Origin: Bugula neritina
Taxonomy: Eukaryota; Animalia; Bryozoa
Direction of reading: 5' to 3'
Assembly (NCBI GenBank): GCA_964035545.1
Contig: OZ037770.1
Coordinates: forward strand, 2,884,662 to 2,948,661
DNA length: 64,000 bases
The stretch's first letter is position 1; every line of letters begins with the position of its first letter. Made by a program: the position numbers and the translations under genes. Below, in pieces: positions 61,632-64,000 of this stretch. The notes under the pieces are model-generated. The model had not been told where the DNA came from, did no database searches, and worked only from the letters and a program-made list of their open reading frames with translations.

Positions 61632-62707
61632 AAAAATAAATGCAGTCCTTGAACTCATTTTTCTGATGAATATTTTATTAGTTTGAAGTAACATATCCTT
61701 TGGTTGCTGGCTCTGTTAATAATACTGTAGACTAACTGGTAGCTGCTATGAAAGCATGACCTTCTTGTTTGTTGATTTAATTACTCAATCTTTACCTTGT
61801 TGGCATACTGATTTATAAAATGATTTGTAAAAATAAATTCATGTAACTCTACTGCTACTTTTAGACACCACCCAACTAGAAGACACCTGTCAGCATCTGT
61901 CACCAGCACAATACTGCCAAAGTCTACCTGTCACAGCCTCACCATATATATACAGCATCACAACACACCTGCTATCACCTGCCACAAAGTTGACTCTACC
62001 TCAGTTGACATAGACCATCCTCCTTCATTAATTTGAAGTAAGTTTCTGATTTTATTCTAATTATAAAATTTCACAGCTTAGTCAATTGAATTTTGCAATT
62101 ACTTTGAAGCAAAAGAAATTAGAAAAACTCAAATATAAAACTATTTTAACAGATTAATAAAATTGCAGCATTAACCTTTATTTAGTTTGAGTTTAGATAA
62201 CTTTACTTTGTGCTGCACGTTTTGCTGCTATTTTGTTTTCTAGTAACTAGTTACGTTTTTGTTGCAAGTTACTTTTATAAAGAAAGCCATCTTTTACCAA
62301 ATTATATGTAATTTCTCATAATCTAAACATCATTCTACTATTTAGACACTATATCACAACAGAACCTACCTGCTCCCACCTGTCACAAAGTATATGACTG
62401 CCTGGCAAACAACACAGCTCTTCAAATATTCAGTAAGTTTCTCTCTTTTGATAGTGTAATATCTAACAATAAAAGGTTACCATCTAGTTAGTAATGTGAT
62501 TTTCCTTTTTGAGATGACTAAAATATGCATCAGGTTTATTTAGAAACTGCACAGATCAACAATAAAATGTAAGAAAGTGAGAAAGGCTAGAAAAAAAAAT
62601 TGTTACCATTTGAATTTATTACTTTTTCTTAAGAAGTTGAAAAACTATGTATCTCTTTGCAGAAAGATGTATAATAACTTACTCGCTTATCTTGTAGAGA
62701 ATAAGTA

Positions 62708-64000
62708 ATGGAGAGCTATAGAGACATTGGGAAGTTGGATGAGTTGACAGAGAAATACCAGAATGAGGCAAGAGATTCAAAGGGTGACTGGGTACCTTAC
62801 CTTAAGGTGTGTATAGGTGACTGATTAATTTACATACTTAATACTTGCTACTTGTGATAGGCATGTATAATGAATATAATGAATACTGTGGTATTGTATT
62901 TAGGCTCATGGGTTGGCCAACAGATGTCTTGCCAGAGAATGGACCGCAGAAAGACAGCGTAAAGTCTATGATATAGAAGAAAGCTGGTACAAAGGTAGGC
63001 ATCCACTTACATATGAGGAACATGAGCAGCAAACAACCAAACACTTACAGCTACTCAGAGAGTACAGAGATGAAACTAAATATGACTTTAAATCTATTGA
63101 TACAAAGCACTTAAACCTTGACAGTTACCCTTCAAAGGATCAACTGTCTTTCTTTTCTGATACTGTATTTAAACTAAGTCAGAAATGTAGTAACCAATTG
63201 ATTTCAGTCTGTGCGTCCATTATGCAGTCAAGTGTTGATAATCTTAGTAAGTCAGGTTTGGAGGTTCCTTGTTCTTTTGCTGTGATTGCATTGGGTTCTG
63301 TTGCTCGTGGTACAGCCACTCCTTACTCTGACTTAGAATATGCCTTCATTGTGGAGTCTGACAGTCACATGGACTACTTTACTAAATTAGCTGTTGATAG
63401 TTACTTTAGGATAGGGAACATGGGGGAATCTCCCTTGAAAACCTTTGATATTACTGAGATAGACAAGTCCTACAATGATGATGTGACTGTTGGGTTTCAC
63501 ATTGATGGCATATCAAAGAAAGCAGGGAATATCCCTACTGGAAGGGGTGATGGTGCTAAGAACTTGATCTTGATGCCAGATCAGTTAACCTGTGTGTATA
63601 GGGAAGCGTTGTGTTCACCTGCTAGTGACACAGCAGATATTGGTGACATTCTCTCTTCTTCAGTGTTGGTTTATTCCCACAAAAGTGGTGATGCTCTTTT
63701 TGAAACGGTGAAAGAAAATTTTCATAAAATCTTAGCAGAAGAAAGCTCAAGCGCATTGCTAATAAAAAAGCGATTAGCAGTGTTGGGAAATGATGTGAAT
63801 ACGTATAACTTTCAACCTAGTTTTGAGTCTTTTGGGCCTCCAGACAACACCCAGCTTAAAGTAAAGTCTGAATTATTTCGCTACCCAACACTTTTAGTTG
63901 ATCATCTGCGACTGCTCTTAGCTTTCTCTGAAACAAAACCTAGGGCGGTAATTGAGAAACTGAAAGAGTGTGGGTTTATAGATGATGCACAATGTTTCAG
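62708..64000 (+). CDS. Nucleotidyltransferase(-TPR) protein, copy 2 (runs off the window)
   Basis: Exon 62708-62806 plus an exon from 62904 that stays open to 64000. Same intron position and identical LGSVARGTATPYSDLEY motif as copy 1. The TPR part lies outside the window. Confidence 0.92.

Larger units (their letters stand above)
49913..62432 (+). other. Array of ~13 exon-like CACCTG modules upstream of NTase-TPR gene 2
   Basis: 49913-49957, 53082-~53163, 56228-56443, 56948-57057, 57377-57471, 57755-57840, 58276-58367, 58451-58519, 58688-58772, 59376-59553, 60954-61113, 61865-62037 and 62346-62432. Most are bounded by YAG...GTAAG. The last module is nearly identical to 16892-16978. Confidence 0.68.

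Overview
AT-rich, intron-containing animal (invertebrate-like) genomic DNA. It holds two paralogous genes about 44.5 kb apart (18200-22467 complete; 62708 to beyond 64000, truncated by the window) encoding a GlnD/DUF294-type nucleotidyltransferase fused to TPR repeats. The complete copy ends in a near-perfect 132-bp TPR array. Each gene is preceded by an array of duplicated, apparently non-coding, splice-site-flanked modules carrying a paired CACCTG motif. Between the paralogues lie an orphan TPR exon split by a young non-autonomous Ty3/Gypsy element (24229-29487), a 2OG-Fe(II) dioxygenase pseudogene (minus strand) with a full-length young Ty3/Gypsy element in its first intron (33502-41006), and the 5' seven coding exons of REV1 with no continuation visible. 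The most striking observation concerns the two Gypsy elements. Both carry a third ORF in the env position that encodes a C2H2/C2HC zinc-finger plus coiled-coil protein rather than an envelope. Both also conserve a splice donor after gag codon 14 and an acceptor before ORF3 that join in frame, which suggests a spliced accessory gene as in complex retroviruses. The window also contains a degenerate Kolobok transposon, Harbinger-type MITEs, a solo-LTR-like insertion, local duplications and many mini/microsatellites. All comparisons were made by eye; no database searches were run.
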